A DNA stretch of 62,269 bases, filler included, from Diploschistes diacapsis (Eukaryota), in assembly GCA_023645945.1 (NCBI GenBank). It is 4 parts of 4 records of this genome, joined end to end, with 100 filler letters (N's around TTAATTAATTAA, not from the genome) between each part and the next. Parts side by side here need not be neighbours in the genome. Positions count along the whole stretch, not along the records: positions 1 to 15,538 come from JALAIB010000548.1; positions 15,639 to 31,166 come from JALAIB010000549.1; 2 more parts are not named here. One strand, written 5' to 3'. Every line of letters begins with the position of its first letter. Position 1 is the stretch's first letter. The notes below the pieces were generated by a model. It was not told where the DNA came from and did no database searches. It saw only the letters and a program-made list of their open reading frames with translations. The translations under genes were made by a program, and so were the position numbers. Below, one piece after another: positions 13,291 through 24,109 of the stretch.

Positions 13291-14247
13291 ATGGCAAAAC
13301 CTATAGCTGTCTGGATTGCTCGTAAGTGCAGAGCTTTCCTGAACCACTTGTTCGACACTGGTTAGAGAATAGCTGCGGGCCCTAACCCCTGGAAGGTCAT
13401 TGGATCTATCTGTTCAGAGAATTCCGCTGATACTTCCGCTTCAGGTCGTTCTCATCCTAGAGGAACTGCAATTGGCATACGAGCTCAAATCGATCAAGTA
13501 CGAGGAGCTTAAGCAGAAACCTTTTCTTGACATTAATCCCCATGGAAGAGCTCCAGGTAGGTAACAGAAAAGAGGCTCGATTACCGGTCCGTATTCTAAC
13601 TGACCGCATCAGCGATCGTGGATCCCAACACGGACATTACGCTGTGGGAAACCGGCGCCATCATGCAGTATCTTATCGAACGATACGATACAGAAAAGAA
13701 GTTGACCTACGAATCGCTCAAAGATAGAGCGCTTTGAACTAATGGCTTATGTTTCAAGTCAGTTGGCCAAGGCCCTACTTCGGCCAGGCGGCTTGGTATG
13801 CGAAAGAGACGATATATATGCAGTCAGGTTACCATCTAATTCTTTCTCAGGTTCCGCATGTATCATCACGAGAAGTTGCCCTCTGCGCTTGAGCGCTACG
13901 AAAACGAAGCAAAGCGAATCCTTGGGGTATTGGATGGTGCACTAGAAGGTAAAAGATGGCTTGTTGGAGACAAGATGACTTTCGCGGACTTGGCGTTTGT
14001 CAATTGGAACAGTATGCTGAACACTTTTCTAAGACTACCCGACGACCAGAATGTGCTCAAGGGGTTCCCCAACGTCAATGCATGGCATGAGAGCATGATC
14101 AAGAGAAAGTCCTTCCAAAGATGCATGGAGCTGAGGACGAAGCTCGTGAATGATTAAGGGCCGCAGTCAAACAGACTGCCGAAGTGAGTGTCTGCTCAGG
14201 ACCTTCTGGCAAAGGCTGAAGTACAGAAATCGGGGTCTGGTTCTTGA
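13291..14247 (+). pseudogene. Ure2-class glutathione S-transferase pseudogene
   Basis: Exons give GPNPWK/VVLILEEL..INPHGRAP/AIVDPNTDITLWETGAI..RYENEAKRILGVLD..WLVGDKMTFADL. Indels and a TAA at 13740 fall in the NQWLMFQVSGQGPYFGQ motif; another TAA at 14155. Confidence 0.85.
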
Positions 14248-14850
14248 GTGTTTTGCTTTCATCTCTGCTGAGGGAACAACTTTCCTAGCAACATGAAGGT
14301 TAAGCTTGATTTCGGCCTCAGCCACGGTGACCGTTTGCAAATTTTGAAACAGAGATTTTCTTTTTCCAAGTGTATTGAATCCCGCTTGAGTTGATTGATT
14401 ACATGTGCCGGCGAGGACTTGCTCACTTTCAGTCATTTGTTCTTATATTCACTTACCTCTATGTCACCTCCAAGGCTTCAATGCAATCTCCCTCGCGGCC
14501 TTTTTGAACATTATCGTCTCTCTCTATCTGGTGCTACACTCTGTCTGTTCTAAAGATTTTCGAACAAGCTCATGACCCGTAGCCTGACGTTTCTCGGACC
14601 GTGACACCTTCGCCCTCCCCTACAAGTCTCTTCCTCTTCACTCCCCTCTTTCCCCCTTCAACATCCCTCCCCCAATGAGACATTGCGACGGAACTGTCCT
14701 TCCTCCAACACCCGTCGTTTCTGCGACGGGAAGATTACGGGAAAGTTGCTTTGAAAATCGTGTGTAAAAAGGTCGGGAACTATGGCCTATTTCGTTTTGC
14801 CGCCTGAGATCCCTTTTGGTTCTTGTATCTACCGCAAAAAAAAAACGGGG

Positions 14851-14886
14851 CGACGGATCGACGGATCGACGGACCGACCAACCGAC
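14851..14886. repeat. Degenerate 8-nt tandem repeat (CGACGGAT x2, CGACGGAC, CGACCAAC, CGAC)
   Basis: Read directly. Confidence 0.7.
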
Positions 14887-14987
14887 GTGAAGCAGCCATA
14901 AACTCCGCCGCGGTGGATAAGGGACTGTGATTGGCCACTTCGACAGCAACCCAACTGCAACAACTTTGCTGTATATATATATATATA

Positions 14988-15538
14988 CAGTACTAGGCCA
15001 AAAGTAGTTAGGTCCACCATAAGCGGTAGTAAATAAACATTCAACTCTTGCTATTATTCTTCTAATTATGCCACCACAACGCCGTTTGAAGCCCTTCGAG
15101 CGTTCGGAGCTCCTCGACGCCCTCTATAACGGTAATACTCTCAAAGATGCTGCCCAAAAGCTCAATATTCCCTATTCTACAGCCCAATATACCAAAAAGA
15201 AAGCTTCAGAGCGCGATGATGAGCAGCATGATCTCGATCGCTCAGGACGACCCCGAACTACTACCGAAAATCAAGAAAATAGGCTCTATCGACGCGCCAG
15301 GAGACAGCCAGACACACAATAGCACGAATTACTCGAAATAACGCCTACTAGCAGAAATACTATCCGCCGAAGATTCGCCGAAATCGACCCATTTTTCAAA
15401 AAATATCGAAAGCGTTGGCGCCCTTATTTGGACCCTAAAGATACTATAAAACGCCTAAGGTACTCCAGGGCATATAGGAGCTGGCGTGCCGAGGATTGGG
15501 CCAATGTTTGGTGGGCAGATGAATGCTCAATACAGATT
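14988..15538 (+). mobile_element. Tc1/mariner DNA transposon, 5' part (copy 1), truncated by gap
   Basis: Inserted after a (TA)n run; begins CAGTACTAGGCCAAAAG. Transposase from 15068 has an HTH, RSGRPR and W..VWWADE (first catalytic Asp). Premature TAG at 15320. Confidence 0.92.
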
Positions 15539-15638
15539 NNNNNNNNNNNNNNNNNNNNNNNNNNNNNNNNNNNNNNNNNNNNTTAATTAATTAANNNNNN
15601 NNNNNNNNNNNNNNNNNNNNNNNNNNNNNNNNNNNNNN
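15539..15638. other. Assembly gap with TTAATTAATTAA linker
   Basis: 100-nt N run with a six-frame stop linker. Confidence 0.98.
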
Positions 15639-16334
15639 GACAGGTTGGGTGTGGTGGGGAGGGGAAGAGGTCGAGGATGAGGATGAGGAGGACGAGGAGT
15701 AGGATGAATCGTTGTTGTAGCTGGGTTGGTTATCTAGGGGTGGTCCGTTGGGAAAGGGTTGCGAGGAGCTGGACGTGGCTTCTCTGCGGCGGGCTAGTTC
15801 GGCGTCTATGTAGGCGGTCCTAGCGGCGTTAGAACTGTCTAGGCGGTTGTTTGGGAGACTGGTGGATGCTGTGTGCTAGGATAGGTTGGGCCAGGCTAAG
15901 GTGGAGGCTCACATGTGCTTGTCCAGCTCTTCTTTTACTTGGCCCGTTTGTGCTGCGAAGCGTGATGTGACGGTCTTGAGTCCGGATTCGGGCGCTTCAC
16001 TTGTATCCGGCACCTCTGGAAAGTCATCGTTATCCTCGCGTGTTGTTTCCACCGCGCTTTTTCTGTTTGCGGAAAATTCTATGCCTCCACCTTTCCGCCG
16101 CTGAAAAGCTTTTCTCTGGCGTATGATGTCGGCCACTACTAACTCGCGTTTGGCCGGGGCTTCGATTGCGGCTACTGCTAATGGTGAGCGCACTGATTCG
16201 TGGTCGAAGGAGTCGTTTCGTGGTGGTGATGCTAATGTCTCTCGCTTTCGAAAGACTCTTCGCCGCTTGGATGGTCGGAAGGCCGGTATGGGGAGATCGT
16301 CAATGATAGGAACAATCGATTCTTCCTCTGCCAT
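15639..16334 (-). CDS. Tls1/C9orf78 (HCA59/Hep_59)-like protein, 3'-partial
   Basis: FRPSKRRRVFR, GGIEF, SRFAAQTGQ..DKHM/TAYIDAELARR across an intron of about 15911-15820. Runs into the gap. Confidence 0.75.
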
Positions 16335-16759
16335 GTTTTGCTTTTCTTAAATTATTGACAATTAGTATACTACATATTCTCTAAGGAGGAATAAGGGAGA
16401 TCCACGCGAGTCACAGTACATGGAAAGAAGCCAGGTCGGAGCATGTAGGATGACGTAGGGCTGGCAGACTGTGCTCGGCCACCACCGCCCTGGTTAACAA
16501 TGCATATTGCAAGCATCGCAGTAACGATAGGTTTATCAAATGCAAAAGCCCCAAAACCTCAGTCTCACTGTCGACATGCGAGATTATTTCAAACATACTA
16601 TTCAATGCTCTGAAACTTAAGTATCGGCAACACATTTAGTACTCTGTTCCTCCGTTTCTAGAGGTTCATCTGCCACCCCCCTTCCCAATGCACGTGGATA
16701 TAGAAGGGATTTTTTCAGGCGCCCCTCTCTTACGGTCATTGACGCATCTCCCTCATCTC

Positions 16760-19064
16760 TCAAACCCACTCACTCCACCACAGCCCTTCGCGATAACCGC
16801 TGACATGCTGCGGACCCTCGGCATCAACGATATACCCTCTCTCGCACCTATCGAACCTGACCCTCTCCACTTGGCTCTCGTAGTACGAGTCGAAGCGCGT
16901 ATGTAGCGCATCGTGCAGATTGGCCACGTTGCCCGCTGGATGCAGCGTCTCCCACGGATGAGTGCACTCGCGGGCCTTGCAGGACTTGAGGACCATTACG
17001 AGGGAGTCGAGGCGGGCGAGAACCTTGGAGATTGGGTGGCCTAGGAGATGAATTGGTGGAGCGGAGGGGGAGGCTGCCGCCGTTGGGTGTATGTTGTTCA
17101 TCTGCCAGGGATCGGTCTGGTAGTAGTAGTATCAGCCAAATGAAATTTATCAGGAAAGTTGAGAAAGTAGTTGTGGGTCTCGCTTGACATGAAAGAAAGA
17201 GGGGAGGCTTGCATTTAAATCGTACAGTTCATGTACGTTGTTGCACCAAACGGAGTAATAATAGTTGTACCCATTCCCCAGCAGTCGCAACGACTTGTAC
17301 GTGTTGTTCCAGTGCACCTCCCTCCCATAATCGCCCTCCGACATTGCCCACCCCCAATACTCCACATTGACATGCTCATGCCGTGCCTTCTCCGCCTCCT
17401 CCACGCTCGCCTTGGTCAACGGTATAGCCACACCGTCAAAGTCTCGATGGGGAGTCAAGCCCACCATATCAAAAATCGTGGGCACAAGATCTGTATGCGA
17501 AGTAACCACTTCAGTCGTCGCATTCCTCGGTACGCCTGGGCCGCGGATGATGAGCGGAACATTGATGTCTTCCTCGTACCCGCATTCCTTTCCGGGCTGG
17601 CGACGGTGCTGAGAAATGGAGTATCCGTTGTCGGCGCTGTAGATGATGTAGGTGTTATCGAGGATGCCATAGTTCGAGAGACGCTGGATGAGCTGGTCTA
17701 CCATCTCGTCTACGGCTTGCAGTGCACGCAAGCGCTGTCGGTAGAAGTGGTCGTTGAAATTGACGTTTGTTTGGTTCTGCTTTGGTAGGTCGCGAATCCA
17801 ATTTACGCCGCTGGGCTTATGAAGGGTCAGCGGTGCTGTTCTATATGTACGCGCCAATCAAAGGACTAGGAGAAAAACGGGACACAAGCCGAAGGAGGTA
17901 AAAAGTGAAGATTTGGCACTGTTCTTACTTCATCTGGGTTGAAATTGGCGTGCCTCGGGATCTTTGCGTCCTCGAAAAGATGCTCATGCCGTTTGGCAGC
18001 GATGGGCGGCGTCGATAACTCTCGGCCAATGTTGGGGGGGGTGTAACCGATGTTGCTATGCGGCGCCACAGGGGCAGCGGTCAAGAAGAACGGTCGTTTG
18101 GCTGCCACAGCATCGTCCAGATAGTCGAACACTTTGCTCGCGAGGACATCTGTCGAATAGTGACCTTCGTAGCTCTTTGGAGGATCCCGCTCACGCTGAA
18201 ATGTGGCATTAAGGTAGGAGTAAGTATGCGGGTCAAGAAGGAAATCCGATCCAGTCCAGCTTGCTGGAAAAGGCTTGTTATAGTTGTCAACTCTATGAGA
18301 GTTGAAAAGCTTGCCGACGTAATAGGTGCTATAGCCAGCTGATTGAAGCCATACAGGGAGATATGCACTGTTCAGACCTTCTTGCACGAATTTCTCCCAG
18401 CCGCCTAATCAGGAAAGGCACGTGAGTCAGAGTCTGGAGGAGAAATGCTAAAGGGGGAAACTGACCACTACAGAGCACACGTTAGCTGCTACAGACATCA
18501 CTTAAGGACGGAGACTTAATGCATTTGTGGCAAAAACTGCTGATAATTACTCTGAACATAAGAAGCTGCAAGGAAGAGATATCGTAGGAACTAGCAGTTT
18601 TGCAGGGTTCTTTCAGGGGGTGTAAGAAGGCCTTCTACTACTATATGTAGACTAGCTCAAGTGGCCCCTCAACTGGCTTAAATCTCCGCTTGTTGTAAGG
18701 AACACTGAGAGTATATTTTGCTAAAGGGAGCTTCTTAGACTTACAATGGCAACCAAAGATCGGTGACGTTGGTATTATGAGCGGCCTTGCCAGTCCAGAT
18801 ATTGACCCGAGAGGGACAACATACTGCGATAGTGCAGAAATGCCGCTTGAAGAACGTGCCTTCGGCCAGCAAGTGCTTTTGGACGTGCTGCATATAATCC
18901 AAGCTATCCATATGGAGATCTTGATCGTCAGTGAGAACGAAGATCACATTTGGAGGTCCAGATGAAGCGGGAGAGCTTCCCAGCACTTCCTGAGCATTGT
19001 GCGCCAGCACACGACCGCCCAAAGCCAGAACGCCCGCGAATGTGGGAAGCAGAGCTTTCAGCAT
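16760..19064 (-). CDS. Secreted arylsulfatase (fungal ARS-1 type)
   Basis: Signal peptide, PNVIFVLTDDQD, CCPSR formylglycine motif, GKLFN, ADNGY. Exons 19064-18745, 18467-18466, 18404-17929, 17815-17213, 17116-16760. Confidence 0.95.
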
Positions 19065-19659
19065 CCTATTATCCTGTCAAATTCGATCGAGGACCTTTCT
19101 CTCGTATGCTGGGGAGCTTCGCAAATTAATATTTGAGGAGAAGCTATCGTCATAGCACCTTTGGGATCGCTTTGTCTCTACACTAGACCTGCTACTATCA
19201 ATCAGTGTGGGTCTTATAGCACGGCTATTGGTCCACCGAAGCTGAGGATGTTGCCGTGCGCCAAAGGATTTGCGTGACAGGAAGTCCATGGTGCTGAGCT
19301 AAGTCCCACAGCAACAGTGTCTTATCAAAACCAATCATGCATTTCGGGACCACGAGCATAATGCGGTTATGTATATTATATATTATACTGCTACATATGT
19401 CATGTTTACATTAAAGCCTCCGCTACCTGTTCGGTGCTCGAGCTTACTTGTCGGTGGGGCTTCCAGACTCCCTATACAGTTATACAGAGCCTCCGACGCA
19501 ATGAGCCCAGAACTTGGACTTGGGCGTGAGAATTAACTCTTGACACAATAAGAGTGACTATTATCGAGAGCTCTCAGGATCAATATATCCCGCATATGTT
19601 TAGTGTTCGTGGTCAGTTGGCGCAGGACCAGTTGTGCCCTTCAACAATTTGGAAGCAAC

Positions 19660-21816
19660 ATGCCGATCTCCAGCGACGAGCGGACATCACTTCTCTCCCA
19701 TGATGGGAATGAGACTAACTCTCCATCGTCAAGAAATCACAATCAGCAAGGTGACCAGGAAGATGCGAGAGAAGCAACAAGCTCGGCGGACCAAAATCAG
19801 GCGATTGAGTCTTCCAGAGAGCGGGCTGCAATTATTGCCATTCTGTTGCTTGGTAGGTTCTTAAATGTCCATTCCCCAACAGCTATGGCAAATGTGCTTA
19901 TTGAAGCCAGGTGTCTTCGTCGCGAACGCCGATGGCACTCTCGTGATTGCACAGACCGGGTCGATATCTTCGGAGTTTGGCAATCTGGGCGGCTCTGAGT
20001 GGCTCATCTCAGTGTACTTCTTGTCAACCTGTGCTGCTCAACCTATCGTAAGTCCTTCGATAAGAGTTCAAACCCGCCTGCTAATAGATTTAAATCAAAG
20101 GTCGGCAAGCTTAGCGATATTTACGGTCGGAAGAAATTGCTGCTTTGGTCCTACGCGCTATTTATCGTGGGAAACTTCCTAACGTGCGTAAATCTCGGAT
20201 ATTGCTAGAGCCCAATACCTAACAGAAGCCTAGCGGATTCAGTTCTCGAGTGTGGGAACTACTCGTTGGACGCGGATTCGCTGGCCTTGGAGGAGCTGGG
20301 ATGCTGTCTCTGGTATCGATTCTCATCGCTGGTAAAGGCAGTTGCAAGCTTTTGGTTATTGCCGTGGCTGACCGACGAAAGACATTGTTCCCATTCGAAC
20401 TGTCGCTGCTTGGAGAAGCTATGTGAACGTAGCAGCTACAATTGGTCGTTCAGTAGGCGGGCCCATTGGGGGCGCTTTAGCCGACACTATAGGATGGAGA
20501 TGGTAGGAGATCTCCAGAGCACATTGGCTGTATAATCATTGCTTGCAGGTCCTTCTATGCACAGTGTCCGCTCACATTCGTCGCGTTTCTTCTCGTACTC
20601 TGGAGACTTCCTGGACCACGAAATTACAATATAATTACTGCTGATGCAAACGAGAATCGTAACAAGAGACGATTCGACCGGCTGCGTCGGATCGATTTCG
20701 TCGGTGCTATAACAGTCATCATAGCTACTGTATCGTTTCTTCTTGCTTTGGAATTAGGAAGTACGACAGGTGTGTGGGTAACGCTTGAGACGATATTGCT
20801 CTTTGTTGCTTCTTTGGGGTTCGCAGGCGTGTTCTTCGTTACAGAACAGAGATGGGCGAAGGAGCCTATCTTCCCGGTTCGTCTAATGAGACATCGAGAC
20901 GTCATAACTACTTATCCAGTAGTGCTCTTGCAAAGCATCGCGCAGATGGGGGTGAGCTCTCCCATATTCTAAATATTTAAGAGTAATTACTGATTGTTTT
21001 TTATCTTCCAGCTCATGTACGCGGTGCCATTATACTTCCAGATAACCAAAGACGCATCGACTCTGGAAGCTGGAACCCGACTTGTACCGGCTGTTGTTGG
21101 AAATGCAGTAGGGGGTCTTCTCTGCGGCTTTATGATTCATCGGTATGTACATTTTGGAGCATGGTGTCCATTGAGAGAACTAATAAATATCAGCACCGGT
21201 AGATACAAGCTTCTAACACTTTTCGGACTCGCATTCGCGTGCTTAGGCTACGCCGTCATAGTCTTCACCTGGCATGGACAAACGGATTGGGCTGCAACAC
21301 TGCTCATCTTTCCAGGAGGCTTCGGCATGGGGGTGGCCATGTCAACAACCTTCATCGCGCTCACTGCAGGGGCGGCCTCAGCGGACCTTGCCATAGTTGG
21401 AGCAGGCCTTTACGAAGCCCATGGTATCGGAGCAGCGCTAGGATCGTGTATTACAATGTCCGTCTTGCAAGCTGCTCTGAGGCCCATGCTCGCCCAAGCC
21501 CTCGGGCATATTGGCGTTAGCGAAGAAGTAAATTATGCACTGTATACCGTCTTTCCCGTGGCCATTAACTCATTGGTTTAGGTTGTGCGACGATCGATCG
21601 AAGACATATCGTATGTCAGGTCGCTGAAAGGCTCGTTGCATGGTATAGTGGTAAAATGCTACGTAAGAAGTCTGATGTGGACTCATGGTAAGCTTGGCTC
21701 CCAGAACCGGTTTATATTTGAATTCGTATCGTCGGCTAAACCGCGTAGTTGCTTCGCTATCTTTTTCGTTCCTAGCATTCGTTATAACATTGTTTTGGAC
21801 GGAACACAAGCTCTAA
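19660..21816 (+). CDS. MFS drug/H+ antiporter (DHA2/Vba-like), multi-exon
   Basis: ERTSLL N-terminus, GVFVANADG, GKLSDIYGRK, IGWRW, AKEPIFP motifs. Confidence 0.88.
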
Positions 21817-22609
21817 GTAGTGTCTGCTCGAGACTTCGATGATACCCGTTAGCGCGGCTATATCTATCAGCCTGAAGCGTCTCTAGCCAGATGATAGCGG
21901 AAAGCTACAAAGTACCTTGGATTCATATACTACCTTGAAGTGATACATAACCTAAGAGAATAGTCCTGCATCGACCAGCAAGTTATTATTGCTGCTTTTC
22001 ATAGCTCGAGGAGTGAAGACTTCTGATGATGCCATAAAAGAAAATGAGTCAGCACGTAGTAGACTACCTACCTCCAGGACTCTAGGACTCTAGGAGTTTT
22101 TGTCTGTAACAGCTTGTTGCCGGCCTCGACATAGCCAGGTCGAAGCTTCAGAATAAACTATAGAACCGTGCAGAGAAGAGGCACAAGCACGTGCTTCCTG
22201 ATTGATTGTGTCTTCCGTACCATGAGATCTTTTGTATTGAATTGCATTCCTTGGAAGCGTAATATTCGAGCTTTTTCGTGGAATGTAATGATTCAAGCTT
22301 TTAGCACACCAGCAGTCGGAAAAGACGTTGTGAAGTCCGACCAATCAGAGAAGACAAAGTAAGCTCAGGGGAAAGGTCTTGCTATCAGCAGAATCAGGTA
22401 TATATATCTTCGATGCATCTCCAAATAAAATGGGAAGCAAAAGATGAATTTGGATGTTTTACTCTAAGATAAATCAAAAGAACAGTGAACTCGCCATCTC
22501 ACAGTTTTCTACCTTTAACATTGGGAACAAAATCACAAGGAATGCGCCTGGTGCAACCGTAACTGCGGGTCTTATGCAATAGCTGTCTTGCACTACAAAC
22601 CAGAGCATA

Positions 22610-23668
22610 ATGGATGCTGGCGCTGCCAGATTTTCTTCGAGTCCCGCCGCCGGGAGACGAGCTCACCTCAAAGAGCCCCATCCGAAGGATTCATCCCCTG
22701 CTATCGTTTGCAACAGCTTTCCGAAGAAAAACAAGCCAGAATCCAGCAGCGAGAAGGCCCTGAGGAAGCATACTACCATGAAACATAATGGCTGCAGCAA
22801 GTGCAATAAGTTTTTCGCGGACCGGACTGCTCTGGACAAGCATCGTATGGATGTACACAACTTTTTCACATCCGGGAAATCAGATTTGACGGACCGTCAA
22901 AACAACTCTTCCTCCAAACCTCGTAAAAAAGGCCCCAATCATTGCCACTTCTGCTGGAAAACCTTTCGGGATGTTGATGATCTTAATACTCACCTGGAGA
23001 TGGTGCATTTCATAAGCAGGCAATGCCAACGATCACGTGCAACGTATGAAGATCTGGTAATTGTAAGTTTCCCTTAACTGGCACTTTGCTCCAGGATGGT
23101 TGTCACCGTTGTCGATCCCCTCATTTCAGCAAAACTCAATGAATTGTTTCCTTCAATGTACTAATTGGACTTTGAGCACCTTGACGCCCACAGAAATCCA
23201 GAGATACAATGTCGTGGCTGCGTCAAACCTTTCCCTACTTATTCCCTCATGGTCGCTCACCTAGAGGATGGCTCTTGTAGCAGCGGTTTCAACAGAGACG
23301 AGATGGACCACCACGCAATCAAGCTTGGATATCTTCACTACGACTACATCTTTCCCGACATTTGTCCCGGCAACGGCAGCTATTCTTACCGCAACCTCTC
23401 CTACGACGGCAATCGTGGGTACTGGGAGCAACATTGGTGTAAAGAAGAGGGAGGTTGCCACGAGAAGTATCAGTGCGCGACTTGCAAGGCTCCTTTCGGG
23501 AGTGTCAGTCAACTGTTCGGACATGTAGAAGAATGGACTTGCCGCGACACAGGATTGCAGAAGCAAGATGAGGAGAAGGGGCGGGAGGCAGGCGGTCTCC
23601 GCGCTCTTATGATATCTTGGTCCAGGATTTCCCGGGAGAAGAGGGAAAAAGCGCTGCTTTACAACTAA
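22610..23668 (+). CDS. C2H2 zinc-finger protein
   Basis: CSKCNKFF..H..H, CHFCWKTF..H..H, CRGC..HLEDGSC, CATCKAPF..HVE. An intron at 23063-23176 joins EDLVI/HLDAH. Confidence 0.75.
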
Positions 23669-24109
23669 ATGGGAGTAGTGACGCGGAAGGTGGCTCAGCT
23701 GTACGCTGGAGAATAGTGGTTTGGGGATTTTGTACTGCAATTGAAAGCTTGCGGCGGAAATGATCAAAGAGCACTTTACTATGGCATTCAAGAAACTAGC
23801 ATGCATTGAAAAGTCAAAAACTTATCCTGTCTTGTGGCTCAGCTGGAGACGTTCTAGCGCCTGTTTCGTAACTTGAGCAACTTATCACCTTCATAGTGAT
23901 GATCAACCCTTGGATGTTCTATCTTCAAAAAAGCTCTGTAGACATTCTTACTCACAGGCATACCGTTTGATATAATTCAGTCTCAGGACAACTCCCACAG
24001 CCTTTGACTGACATGGCTTACAGAGGTATATGGCTAGTTCATGAGCCACCCTGATACAGCACCATCATATAATGGATGTGAAGCCAAACTGAAGGAGCCA
24101 TGCTACCTA

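Noticed and set aside
15398..15538. Both transposon copies end at the same base and are identical over the last 141 nt
   Set aside because: Most simply a collapsed-repeat assembly effect, not a biological breakpoint.
15583..15594. TTAATTAATTAA inside N runs (also at 31211 and 46793)
   Set aside because: Identical, centred in 100-nt gaps and encoding stops in six frames: an artificial scaffolding linker.
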